In this document: one piece after another, positions 52,293 to 61,497 of the stretch
Layout of the letters: every line of letters begins with the position of its first letter
Position numbering within the stretch: the stretch's first letter is position 1
From: Octopus sinensis
Taxonomy: Eukaryota
Direction: 5' to 3'
Assembly (NCBI RefSeq): GCF_006345805.1
Contig: NC_043009.1
Span: forward strand, 47,244,001 to 47,308,000
Length of the DNA: 64,000 bases
Notes under the pieces: model-generated
What the model saw: only the letters and a program-made list of their open reading frames with translations
Told to the model about the DNA's origin: nothing
Database searches by the model: none
Program-made: the position numbers and the translations under genes

Positions 52293-53648
52293 CACACACA
52301 TAAAATCATCATTTAATATCCATTTTTCATACTGGCACAGAATAATGGATTTTTTTTTTTATGAAATTTTCTCGCGGGGGCAGACATGTGTAGATATGCC
52401 ATACAAAATGCCTTGCAATTTAGTTCAATACAACAAAAATAACTTGATTTTATTGAAATTATCTACTTCGAGAGAAAGTAAACAAACACTTAGTGCTAAT
52501 GCAACAGATATCATACGTCCCATAAGTAGTTATAATAATATTTGGTATTAAATTATGTTTCGCAGAAAAACCAGACGGGCATGAAAAGAATTATAAACAC
52601 AGGAAAGTGACAAAGCGGACACCTCTCACATTTCACAATGATCAGTAAATTTGATGGAAACTTCACTCAAAAACAATTGCAAATGTAAAAACACACACAC
52701 ACAAGGGTTTAAAGAAAATTGAAACATTTTATAAATTTGAATTGAGATCTAAATTACTGAAAGATGTGTAAAAAAAAATTAAAATTAATTTTGCAACATA
52801 GGCGCAGGAGTGGCTGTGTGGTAAGTAGCTTGTTTACCAACCACATGGTTCCGGGTTCAGTCCCACTGCGTGGCACCTTGGGCAAGTGTCTTCTACTATA
52901 GCCCTGAGCCGACCAATGCCTTGTGAGTGGATTTGGTAGATGGAAACTGAAAGAAGCCTGTCGTATATATGTATATATATGCGTGTGTGTTTGTGTGTCT
53001 GTGTTTGTCCCCCTAGCATTGCTTGACAACCGATGCTGGTGTGTTTACGTCCCCGTCACTTAGCGGTTCGGCAAAATAGACCGATAGAATAAGTACTGGG
53101 CTTACAAAAGAATAAGTCCCGGGGTCGAGTTGCTCGGCTAAAGGCGGTGCTCCAGCATGGCCGCAGTCAAAATGACTGAAACAAGTAAAAGAGTAAAAGA
53201 GAGAGTAACGTAAAATGAGAGGGTAAATTTTCGACAAACGGAGCATGCAATCCGGTTTCAATCCCCCCAGTCGATATCATTTGCTTTCCTTTAAATTACC
53301 AACGCCATTAAAGAAAGGAACGAAAATTATAACTCCTTATTGCGTGCAATGTAAGCAATGAAAAGGGGTTCTTTTATAAAAATAATGCCATATTTTTGAA
53401 GTGTTTTCGAGCCACAATTTATAAGGGAGGCAAACATAGAGATTTAAGCACGAAAAGGGAAAAGCTGATACGGTCGAGGCCAGAACCGGACTGGTGTAAA
53501 GCATCCAATATGTCGAAGAATAGATATAATGAATACATACGAACTCAGCTATCTACAGCAGCAAGAATACAAGAGCAAGCCTACCTCCATATAACCAGGC
53601 ATCGTCGTCTTCAACTCCGTCAACTGTTGGCGGCGCAGTTGCATCCAT
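25407..53648 (-). CDS. FIP1L1: Pre-mRNA 3'-end-processing factor FIP1 (CPSF subunit), complete gene
   Basis: 16 phase-consistent exons totalling 1539 nt (512 aa). N-terminal DDDAWLYG; [14 protein letters not shown]; Fip1 motif [40 protein letters not shown]; Pro-rich region; RD/RE repeat; basic C-terminal tail. Confidence 0.96.
25691..25816 (-). CDS. FIP1L1: FIP1L1 exon 15, RD/RE repeat
   Basis: [22 protein letters not shown]; gtaagg donor. Confidence 0.92.
26295..26363 (-). CDS. FIP1L1: FIP1L1 exon 14 ([22 protein letters not shown])
   Basis: WDY motif precedes the RD repeat as in other FIP1 proteins; phase 2-2. Confidence 0.85.
28652..28738 (-). CDS. FIP1L1: FIP1L1 exon 13 ([10 protein letters not shown]...HWEN)
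   Basis: ttctag acceptor, gtattg donor; phase 2-2. Confidence 0.82.
29110..29530 (+). mobile_element. RTE-X-like LINE 3' fragment
   Basis: [32 protein letters not shown]; (TGAA)n tail. Confidence 0.75.
30340..30373 (-). CDS. FIP1L1: FIP1L1 exon 12, 34 nt ([11 protein letters not shown])
   Basis: tttcag acceptor, gtaaat donor; supplies the needed phase 1-2 change. Confidence 0.75.
30592..30820. mobile_element. TTAA MITE family, about 228 bp; other copies 40766-40999, 42073-42300, 47566-47794
   Basis: TTAACCCTTTAG ... CTAAAGGGTTAA termini and homologous bodies in four FIP1L1 intron copies. Confidence 0.88.
31080..31335 (+). mobile_element. tRNA-SINE with GCGATGGACTGGCGTCCCGT central motif
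   Basis: A/B boxes, CTTGAGCAAAACACTT core, (ATTT)n tail. Confidence 0.75.
32731..32808 (-). CDS. FIP1L1: FIP1L1 exon 11, Pro-rich ([20 protein letters not shown])
   Basis: cgcag acceptor, gtaagt donor; phase 1-1. Confidence 0.88.
33932..34158. mobile_element. TTAA MITE, second family
   Basis: TTAACACTTTCGTTAC ... GTAACGAATGGGTTAA. Confidence 0.75.
34273..34388 (-). CDS. FIP1L1: FIP1L1 exon 10, Pro-rich
   Basis: RKPYPAPSG...PPPGMPPP; phase 2-1. Confidence 0.9.
35541..35757 (+). mobile_element. Second abundant tRNA-SINE, representative copy
   Basis: GGCGGCGAGCTGGCAGAA head, GAGTTCAAATTCC B box, GCCTTTCATCCTTTCGGGGTCGATAAA core. Other copies near 5215(-), 23636, 28860(-), 31350, 33010, 37205(-), 59220(-). 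Confidence 0.9.
35804..35972 (-). CDS. FIP1L1: FIP1L1 exon 9 (..[11 protein letters not shown]..)
   Basis: cgcag acceptor, gtaagt donor; G.IDVIG motif seen in FIP1 proteins. Confidence 0.9.
36819..36894 (-). CDS. FIP1L1: FIP1L1 exon 8 ([10 protein letters not shown]...)
   Basis: tttcag acceptor, gtaaga donor; phase 0-1. Confidence 0.82.
38493..38602 (-). CDS. FIP1L1: FIP1L1 exon 7 ([17 protein letters not shown]...)
   Basis: Core Fip1 motif. Confidence 0.97.
38943..39641. mobile_element. hAT (Charlie-like) MITE with perfect 8-bp TSD, carrying a SINE
   Basis: TIR CAGTGCTTCTCAAA / TTTGAGAAGCACTG; TSD GGTTAGAC at 38935-38942 and 39642-39649. Confidence 0.92.
41009..41140 (-). CDS. FIP1L1: FIP1L1 exon 6 (KGIDLEAVG...DKPWRKP)
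   Basis: First half of the Fip1 motif; tgcag acceptor, gtgagt donor. Confidence 0.95.
41256..41305 (-). CDS. FIP1L1: FIP1L1 exon 5 ([16 protein letters not shown])
   Basis: 50 nt; supplies the needed phase 2-1 change; ttccag acceptor, gtaatt donor. Confidence 0.8.
42526..42632 (-). CDS. FIP1L1: FIP1L1 exon 4 ([14 protein letters not shown])
   Basis: Conserved acidic/VTIGDIK motif; ctag acceptor, gtaagt donor. Confidence 0.93.
42945..44392 (+). mobile_element. Full-length decayed mariner transposon, interrupted by a SINE (about 43760-43975)
   Basis: About 40-bp TIRs (TCAGATTGAGTAAAAAGTAAG / TCTGGCTGAGTAAAAAGTAAG) flanked by TA; [15 protein letters not shown] and [13 protein letters not shown] motifs; stops and frameshifts. 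Confidence 0.93.
44860..45617 (+). mobile_element. RTE 3' UTR copy with about four 63-bp units and a triplicated 145-bp 3' end
   Basis: AAGCA(C/T) recurs at 44971, 45034, 45097, 45160; TTGGCGTTA recurs at 45186, 45331, 45476. Other UTR-only copies near 640, 14870, 20440(-), 21750, 32140, 34750, 38905(-), 40600(-), 57240. Confidence 0.88.
46555..47232 (+). mobile_element. RTE LINE 3' end with long GC-rich 3' UTR and (GAT)n tail
   Basis: [20 protein letters not shown] followed by UTR ending CCATGCTAGCATGGAAAG..GTTAAAC(GAT)n. Confidence 0.8.
47267..47399 (-). CDS. FIP1L1: FIP1L1 exon 3
   Basis: tttag acceptor, gtgagt donor; phase 2-0; within ORF 47168..47407. Confidence 0.85.
48189..48766. mobile_element. 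Older hAT MITE hosting the Helitron-like insert
   Basis: CAGTGATTCTCAACC / GGTTGAAAACCAATG termini; degenerate TSD TTCTAAGG / CTCTAAGA. Confidence 0.7.
48278..48654 (+). mobile_element. Non-autonomous Helitron/Helentron-type element (HINE/DINE-like)
   Basis: 5' TCTCTATATATAAA, internal GTCT/GT microsatellite, 3' CCTGAGCAACGCCGGG hairpin followed by CTAG. Confidence 0.8.
48820..48859 (-). CDS. FIP1L1: FIP1L1 exon 2 ([13 protein letters not shown])
   Basis: T-tract ctag acceptor, gtaagt donor; phase 1-2 bridges exons 1 and 3. Confidence 0.82.
49331..49519. repeat. About 90-bp-arm fold-back with 10-nt loop
   Basis: Arms 49331-49418 and 49429-49519; about five substitutions and one 3-nt indel. 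Confidence 0.93.
51195..51830 (-). mobile_element. RTE LINE 3' fragment, same family
   Basis: [23 protein letters not shown] then the same repeat-rich UTR and tail. Confidence 0.8.
52801..53200 (+). mobile_element. Dominant CORE-like tRNA-SINE, representative copy
   Basis: GGCGCAGGAGTGGCTGTGTGG head, GCACCTTGGGCAAGTG core, internal microsatellite, GGCGGTGCTCCAGCATGGCC tail. Other copies near 2960(-), 14200, 19671-20074(-), 22765(-), 33350(-), 39118, 51880, 55065, 56520, 58785(-), 62095. Confidence 0.92.
53585..53648 (-). CDS. FIP1L1: FIP1L1 exon 1 ([21 protein letters not shown])
   Basis: ATG at 53648, donor GAG/gtaggc; acidic WLYG motif typical of FIP1 N-termini. Confidence 0.9.
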
Positions 53649-53939
53649 TATTAAGATTTACACAACAAATCACGGACTAAAATCTCACGCAAACGAGACT
53701 TTATTGTTTCCTACTTATTTCTTTTCACATAATGTTTTTAGTAAACACGAATCTTGTATTAATTTTTTTTTTTTGAAAAAGAACTTTCCTTATTTTAAAA
53801 TTATACGTATGTATCCTTTTTATTTTAATTTAAAAGTTGAGAAATTCCAAAGTTAAAAGTATGCTACTTTTAGAAAATATCTTCTGCATTAACATGTAAA
53901 AAAAAAAAAAATCCTTGCGGTGTAATATTAAATAGTAGC
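53649..53939. promoter_or_regulatory. Putative bidirectional promoter and 5' UTRs of FIP1L1 and MTIF3
   Basis: 291 bp between divergent ATGs, AT-rich and free of recognisable repeats; no individual site called. Confidence 0.65.
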
Positions 53940-53971
53940 ATGGCTGCAATTGCTGTCGGTCAACGAAGGAT
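53940..53971 (+). CDS. MTIF3: MTIF3 exon 1 (MAAIAVGQRR)
   Basis: AT/gtaagt donor joins cag/A of exon 2 to give Ile in frame. Confidence 0.75.
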
Positions 53972-56900
53972 GTAAGTGGCATCATATTTTCCTACGATTT
54001 ATTGACATCGATATTTTATATACAGCATTAATTTCAATCATGTACATCTACATATTTTATTCTTTAAAAAAAAATTACTAAATTTTAAAACAATATAGTT
54101 TTATTTCTTTAGTAAATTTATTGATGTTTGTTGTAATTTCTGCTATTTTGGTTAGTGTCTGTATTTATTATTGTGAGTTTTTTATGCTTTGTGTAAAATA
54201 AGTAATAGCGGTTCTCGTTTTTTACCAGTCTACGTATTTGTGGCTCATTAATTCAACCGTACGATGTCAATACGCTTGTCATTAACGACGTTTAAGCTCA
54301 ACGGCTTTGTTGACCTCTGTTGTCTTTGTTCCCTTTGGATCTGTTGTCGCTTCTTATGTCTGCTTCTGGTCTATTCAAATACTCAAAACTAACTGTATGT
54401 TTAATAAACAAAAACAAAACTGAGATGACCTATGTCATTAATATATAAAAACTTCCCCCCGAGATTTTTAAAATCTAAAAACAATATATAAGCGAGATAA
54501 CTTTCTGTAAATCAGTTAATTGACGTGTTTCGAAAATAAAGTTTAAAACAGAGAGTGGACCTTGTCTTTAAAGCAATGGACAGGTTTCGGTGTTATTAGT
54601 GCTCTTCAGGAAAGCATGATCATCTGACATGCTAAAAGGGGTAAATATGTACGTATATGTATACAAATATATTTTGCATGCACACACACATATATGTGCG
54701 TGTGTGTGTGTATAGGTATGTTTATATATGTATGTATGTACTGAAAATCTGTTTGTTACCAACACTGTTTAAGCAGAAAAAAGAATATATAAAACCACCC
54801 AAGATCTAAGGACTGGCATCTCATAGATTATATTTTGATCAGAAAGCATCATATAAAAGATGTTTCAAGTGCTCGGCCCATGAGAGTAGCATAAAATCTT
54901 TCAATAATGCCTAACAGTCAGCAGTCTGGTTCTGAGGTACCCAAAAAGTTAAATGTTGCAAACTTCAAATTACCAAGCAACTTGCAAAGATTCCATAATG
55001 CTATAGACAGTATCAATCTTGACCCAAACAATCTATGGGAAGATTTCAAAACACAAGTATTTCAGGCGCAGGAGTGGCTGTGTGGTAAGTAGCTTGCTTA
55101 CCAACCACACGGTTCCGGGTTCAGTCCCACTGCGTGGCACCTTGGGCAAGTGTCTTCTACTATAGCCTCGGGCCAACCAAGCCTTGTGAGTGGATTTGGT
55201 AGATGGAAACTGAAAGAAGCCTGTCGTATATGTATGTATATATATGTGTGTTTGTGTATTTGTGTTTGTCCCTCCAACATCGCTTGACAACCGATGCTGG
55301 TATGTTTACATCCCCGTTACTTAGCGGTTTGGCAAAAGAGACCGATAGAATAAGTACTAGGTTCACAAAGAATAAGTCCTGGGGTCGATTTGCTCTACTA
55401 AAAGGCGGTGCTCCAGCATGGCCACAGTCAAATGACTGAAACAAGTAAAAGAGTAAAAAAAAAAAGAGGCTGCAAGTTCATCAGAGGTATTTAAATCACG
55501 TAAGTCCACTGACTAATTTGTAAACAAATCAGCAGAAATTCATGATCTACTTTCAGAAAAACAAAACTTAGGCAATACACTTCCTTGGACTCCAACTCAA
55601 ACAGAAGTGTACAGAAAGCTGAAAGGGAAAGTGCAGACTGCTCTACGGAAAGTTAAACTGGAATTGTGGAATGATTGAACCAAAGGAGCACAAGAAGCAG
55701 TTGATAGATGCCAAGGGTTTGTACTCTTATGTTAAGGAGGTATATGACTCAAAATCTTCTTCAATAGCTCCAGTGAAAACAGCAAATGGACTTTTGCTTC
55801 TGACTGTTAGGCATTATTGAAAGATTTTATGCTACTCTCATGGGCCGAGCACTTGAAACATCTTTTATATGATGCTTTCTGATCAAAATATAATCTATGA
55901 GATGCCAGTCTTTAGATCTTGGGTGGTTTTATATATTTTTTTTTCTGCTTAAACAGTGTTGGTAACAACCAGATTTTCAGTACATATATACGTATATAAA
56001 CATACCTATACACACACACACGCACATATATGTGTGTGTGTGCATGCAAAATATATTTGTATACATATACGTACATATTTACCACTTTTAGCATGTCAGA
56101 TGATCATGCTTTCCTGAAGAGCACTAATTAGTGCTCTTCAGGAGCACAAGAAGAAGCTGATAGATGCCAAGGGTTTGTACTCTTATGTTAAGGAGGTATA
56201 TGACTCAAAATCTTCTTCAATAGCTCCAGTGAAAACAGCAAATGGACTTTTGCTTCTGACTGACACCGCTTCTATTCATAAGCGCTGGATAGAACATTTT
56301 TCTGCACTCTTGAATAGACCATCATCCGCTGTCATGAGGATGATAGAAAAAAAAAATCAAACACCTTCCAGTTATAGAAGAGATGGCATTTGAACCAACT
56401 CTAAATGACATTTATTTAGCTGTGAATAAGCTGAATAACAATAAGTCTCCAGGGTCTGATGGAATCTGTGCAGAGGTCTTGAAATATGAGGGGGTTACAA
56501 AATGTTTGAACTCTTGACCTCGGGTTGACCAAAGCCTTGTGAATGGATTTGGCAGACGGAAAATGAAAGTAGCCCATCATATATATTTATATATGTATGT
56601 ATGTGTGTGTATATGTTTGTGTATCTGTGTTTGTCCCCTCTTCCCCCCAACATCGCTTGACAACCGATGGTGGTGTGTTTACGTTCCCATCACTTAGCGG
56701 TTCGGCAAAAGAGACCGATAGAATAAGTACTAGGCTTCCAAGGAATAAGTCCTGGGGTCGATTTGCTCGACTAAAGGTGGTGCTCCAGCATGGCTGCAGT
56801 CAAATGACTGAAACAAGTAAAAGAGAAAGAGAATCTGCCTGACGTCATCGTAGTTGTGACATATCTATTATACATATCTGTAATCTACCTTACGTCACCA

Positions 56901-59900
56901 CAGTTGTGACATATCTATGACAGATCCCTAAAGTCATTATAGATAAAAAAAAAATAAAGATCTTCCATCAGTCATTCAGACTTGTAGGGCCAGTTTCCCA
57001 TTTTCTGTTGTGTATATATATTCTACACCTTGATGGGACGCCAGTCTCTCTCAGGATTACTCATTTTTGCCAACTGAGCGATCTGGGGCAACAGGAAATC
57101 CCTTTTTTTAAATCCCTTTACTTTGATTATTTCTAATATTGAACATATTGGAAATAGTCAAACCCTTCAGTTTCGTAACTTGAAAGTGAGTTTAGTACCA
57201 AAAATTCTTAGTTAAATTATTAATTAGCATTTGTATATGGTACGTAAGAGAACATTCGAAAGTGGCCGTTGCCAGCGCCACCCCGACTGGCCTCGTGCCG
57301 GTGGCATGTAAAAAGCACCATTCGATCATGGCCGTTTGCCAGCCTCGCCTTGCCCCATGCCGGTGGCACGTAAAAAGCACCATCCGATCGTGGCCGTTTG
57401 CCAGCCTCGTCTGGCACGTAAAAAGCACCCACTACACTCACGGAGTGGTTGGCGTTAGGAAGGGCATCCAGCTGTAGAAACATTGCCAGATCAGACTGGG
57501 CCTGGTGCAGCCTTCTGGCTTCCCAGACCCCAGTTGAACCGTCCAACCCATGCTAGCATGGAAAGCGAACACTAAACGATGATGATGATATATATCAGTG
57601 AACTCTCTCCTGCATCTAGCTGCTCAGGTGAGCAGCTAGATGCAGGAGGAGAGAGTGAGAAAAAGCTGTTAAGTGTTTTGTTTGAGAACACATGTCACCT
57701 GTTCCAAGAATCGAAACCACAATCTTATGATCATGAGTCCAACACCCTAACCATTAAGCCAGGTGCCTCCACATATACATTATACATCATCATAATTATG
57801 ACGTATCTATGATACATGTCTATATCCACTATACATCATCACAGTTGTGATATGAAAGCTAATATTCTATTTTCAGATTTTCTTCCCTGTATCGTCCATT
57901 GTTACATCTGTCGCAGTTAAAACCCTGCACAGCTCCTGTCAGCATTCAGCTGAGATTAGCTTCGACTGGGAAACAGCCAAAATATAAGAAAAGTAATGCT
58001 ATTAGTAAACTACCTGTTGGTCAGGACACTGAAGAAGAAACACCGAAGTTGATTAAACTATTTGATGAGTCTGGTTGTCTGTTACCTGTTGTTGAGAAAG
58101 ATGAGGCTCAGAAGCTGGCAAAATTAAAGGAGCTCAAATTAGTACAAATAAGTGAGGACAAATTAGAACCACATTATCAATTGATGACAGGTAAACAGTT
58201 AACTGAATGTCGGCTCACTCAGAAAAAGTCCAAAAAAGAAAAATCCCCTATAGAGAAAACTCTTCACATAAAAAGTACCATATCGGAACATGATTTTCTT
58301 GTTAAGTTAAACAAAATAAAAGAGTTACTGGAGAAGAATATCAATATAAGGATGAAGATAAAAGTGTCAAATTGTGATAATGAGGTAAGGGTTATTTTAT
58401 AAATCTAAAGATGTTTACCAAATGTTAAGAAAAAAATACAATGAAACTGGTTGTTTTTTCCCTTAATCATTTTTTTAGCCTTTAGTTTAACTACACCTAT
58501 ATATCTAAGATGTTATTGTTTGTTCCTTCTTGAGCCGTGTTTGGCTCATAAGGGCTGATTTCCCAGTTTTATTGGTACTGGTCCGCTAGATGCAGGAGGA
58601 GAGAGTGAGAAAAAGTTGCGATGAAAGAGTCAGCAGAAGTTCACCATTACCTTCTGCTGGAGCTGCGTGGAGCTTAGGTGTTTCGCTCATAAACACACAC
58701 ATCGCCCAGTCTGAGATTCGAATCTGTGATCCCTCGACCGCGAGTCCACTGCTCTAAGCACTAGGCCATGTGCCTCCACATATACTCTTTTACTTGTTTC
58801 AGTCATTTGACTGTGGCCATGCTGGAGCACCGCCTTTAGTCAAGCAAATCGACCCCAGGACTTGTTCTTTGTAAGCCTAGTACTTTTTATATCGGTCTCT
58901 TTTGCTGAACCGATGAGTTACGGGGACGTAAACACACCAGCATCGGTTGTCAAGCGATGTTGGGGGGACAAACAGACACACAAACACACACACACATATA
59001 TATATATATATACATATATACGACGGGCTTCTTTCAGTTTCCGTCTACCAAATCTACTCACAAGGCTTTGGTCAGCCCGAGGCTATAGCAGAAGACACTT
59101 GCTCAAGGTGCCATGCAGTGGGACTGAACCCGGAACCATGTGGTTCATAAGCAAGCTACTTACCACATATATGGATTTCAAATTTTGGCACAAGGCAAGC
59201 AATTCCAGGTATTAGGGGTAAGTCGATTACATCAACCCCAGTGCTCAGCTGGTACTTAATTTATCAACCCCAAAAGGATTAAAAAGGCAAAGTTGACCTT
59301 GGTGGAATTTGATCTCAGAACAAAAGGGCGGCTGAAATGCTGCTAAAGATTTTGTCAGCTCATCGCTCTAAATTAGCTTCCATCACATATCCAAGATATT
59401 AAATATAAGCACACATTCCTTCCAGCCTTCTTTTTCATCCCTCTCAGCCTCTTTTCCTCTCTTATACTTACTAATTCACTTCTCTCGTTTGCCACCTTAA
59501 TATCATTACATTTGCTAATTGATAATTTAAGAATTTCTGGTACTAAATTCACTTTTAATTTACAAAACTGAAATCCGTTTAGATATAAAGGGAAATAACT
59601 CTAGAAACGTCAGAGTCGTATCCCTTACTTAGTCAATGACTATTATTAATAAAATATGTCCAGTATTCAATGAGAAAGACCGTTGTGTAATTGAATACTC
59701 TATACGCAATAGAATGGATACAATTATTTGTAATATAAGGTTATACGGAGAGCCCATACGGTTCGGATTAATTCTCCGTAGGGTCATTTGGTGTATAAAA
59801 AAAAGGGGAATACTTAGTTAATGCTTAGTATTTCTTCAATCATCTGATTTAACGCTATGGTCATTATTTATTTATGATAGCGAAACCATTGTGAATAATT

Positions 59901-61497
59901 AAACCTTCCATTTTATAACTAACATTAAAACATTAACTATACTGTGGAACCTCGGTTTACGAATATTTCAAATGACATTTAATGAACGAATTAAATTTTG
60001 TTCATTAACTATCATTTGAAATATTCGTAAACCGAAACCATTTTTCTCATATGAAATTTGAGAGAATTCGTTCACTAAGCAAAAGCTAGACAACAACTAA
60101 CACGCTCTCGCTGATACTCTCGACTTAACAACCGTCATTGCCAGCTTGCCTGTTCGTTACTCGAAACACTGTTCGTTACTCGAACAGAAACGTTTTCGTG
60201 TACCGACTTGTCCGTGATTAGAGGCATTCATAAACCGAAGCTTCACGGTACTAATATCACTACACATATACACACACACGCTAATTTCAATGCAAACATT
60301 AACCTTTCGTGAGCTGGTGGGGTCCCTAGGAACCCCAGCAAATTTTAAAAGTTATGTAAATTTTACAATTTTTTATCTAAATAATTTTATATCTCATGAC
60401 TTTTATTGTCAATAGTTTATGTATGCACATAAAAATTTTGAGTTTAAAATTTCCAGTCATGTGGATGTTATAGCGTAAAATATGCTCATTAGGGTCCAAC
60501 TGGACTCCATTGGCCTTCTGTGAAATTATTTTTTTATGTTCTTTTTTCAGATATTCTGATGAACTATAAGTCAATTTTCTTTGTATTTGTACTGGTATGA
60601 ATCAATATGCTAAATAATTTTGTTTTATTTTATATTTAGTACTATATGTATAGTTTATAAAACTATAAAAACTTCATTTCTTTCAATAAAGGGTTTTTTC
60701 AGTCAATGAATTATATTTTAATTCCCCCTCTTCCATTAAACGTTAATAATTACAAATATAAACTTATAAGATGCTAAATTTCTTGTTCAATATCATGCAC
60801 TCACACATATATACAAGATTAAACAAATATTACTTTATGGATAGTGTGGAAAGCACAAAAATAAAAGGGGTCCCTTGGGATCCCAATGACCTTTTGTGTA
60901 ATTCCAACTCTGCCGGCCCACAAATGGTCAACTGTCCTAAAATATATATAGAGAGAGCTGATTAGAGATATTGCTATTTTTATCAAGCAGCAAAGTTGAC
61001 CAAAATTCACTAAATGGAATATTTAACTCTCTCCTGTTTAGACTAATTTTTAAAATTCTACCAAAACACACACACACACACACATATATATGAGTCAACA
61101 ATATTGTTACTTGTATCCAAATCTGCTCAACAATTTCCATCTCTATAAATCAGAGACATTGATTGATTGGTTGAACAGAACAGTGCAGCACCCATGACTT
61201 TCTAAAACATGATTTCACCCTCAAAATTGTTGAAGCATGGAATAAATCACCCATGACAGTTGTTAATTGTCAGGACACTATGACACTTTAAAAATTCCAT
61301 ACTTCCTGATTTTTTGCCAACATTACTCCTTACACGCCTATTTTTTTTTTTTTTTTCCAATGCAGACTGAAAGCCGAGGAATTCAATTAAAGTTTATGAA
61401 ACGGATAACAGAAGAAACCAGTTCCTTAGCCAGCATTAAGGAAGCCAGCAGCACTGCCACAGAAATAATAGTACTTCTCCGTAAAAAAACACAATAA
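53940..61497 (+). CDS. MTIF3: Mitochondrial translation initiation factor IF-3, complete gene
   Basis: Exons 53940-53971, 57877-58384, 61366-61497 join in frame (672 nt, 223 aa). Arg-rich acid-free N-terminus MAAIAVGQRRIFSSLYRPLLHLSQLK (presequence-like); IF3-N motif LIKLFDESG..EAQKLAKLKELKLV; IF3-C KTLHIKSTISEHDFLVKLNKIKELLEK. Confidence 0.88.
54595..56262. repeat. Inverted duplication (54595-54921 / 55800-56128) plus direct duplication (55684-55806 / 56140-56262)
   Basis: Read directly; junction palindrome at 56112-56143. Confidence 0.95.
54770..56510 (+). mobile_element. Decayed RTE (BovB-like) LINE fragment, interrupted by a SINE and rearranged
   Basis: PRSKDWHLIDYILIR, KVQTALR, LLLTDTASIHKRWIEHFSALLNRPS, NNKSPGSDGI. 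Confidence 0.85.
57877..58384 (+). CDS. MTIF3: MTIF3 exon 2
   Basis: tttcag acceptor, GAG/gtaagg donor; ORF 57899..58402. Confidence 0.92.
58510..58779 (-). mobile_element. tRNA-SINE with the same head as the 6152 element but a different tail
   Basis: Head and core align by eye to 6152-6350; tail ..CCCTTATGAGCCAAACACGGCTCAAGAAGG. Confidence 0.75.
59940..60250. mobile_element. Tc1/pogo (Tigger-like) MITE with TA ends
   Basis: TACTGTGGAACCTCGGTTTA versus reverse complement TACCGTGAAGCTTCGGTTTA. Confidence 0.7.
60299..60931. mobile_element. Diverged TTAA-type MITE
   Basis: TTAACCTTTCGTGAGCTGG versus reverse complement TTGACCATTTGTGGGCCGG; subterminal GGGGTCCCT motifs near both ends. Confidence 0.6.
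61366..61497 (+). CDS. MTIF3: MTIF3 exon 3 (TESRGIQLKFMKRI...IIVLLRKKTQ*)
   Basis: Long T tract plus tgcag acceptor, phase 0; completes the IF3-C domain. Confidence 0.78.
   Translation, partial: TESRGIQLKFMKRITEETSSLASIKEASSTATEIIVLLRKKTQ

Noticed and set aside
53396-53680. 94-aa plus-strand ORF near the promoter
   Set aside because: Antisense to FIP1L1 exon 1 and intron 1; no recognisable product.
59636-59821. 61-aa ORF in unassigned sequence
   Set aside because: No motif, no splice support, within chance length.
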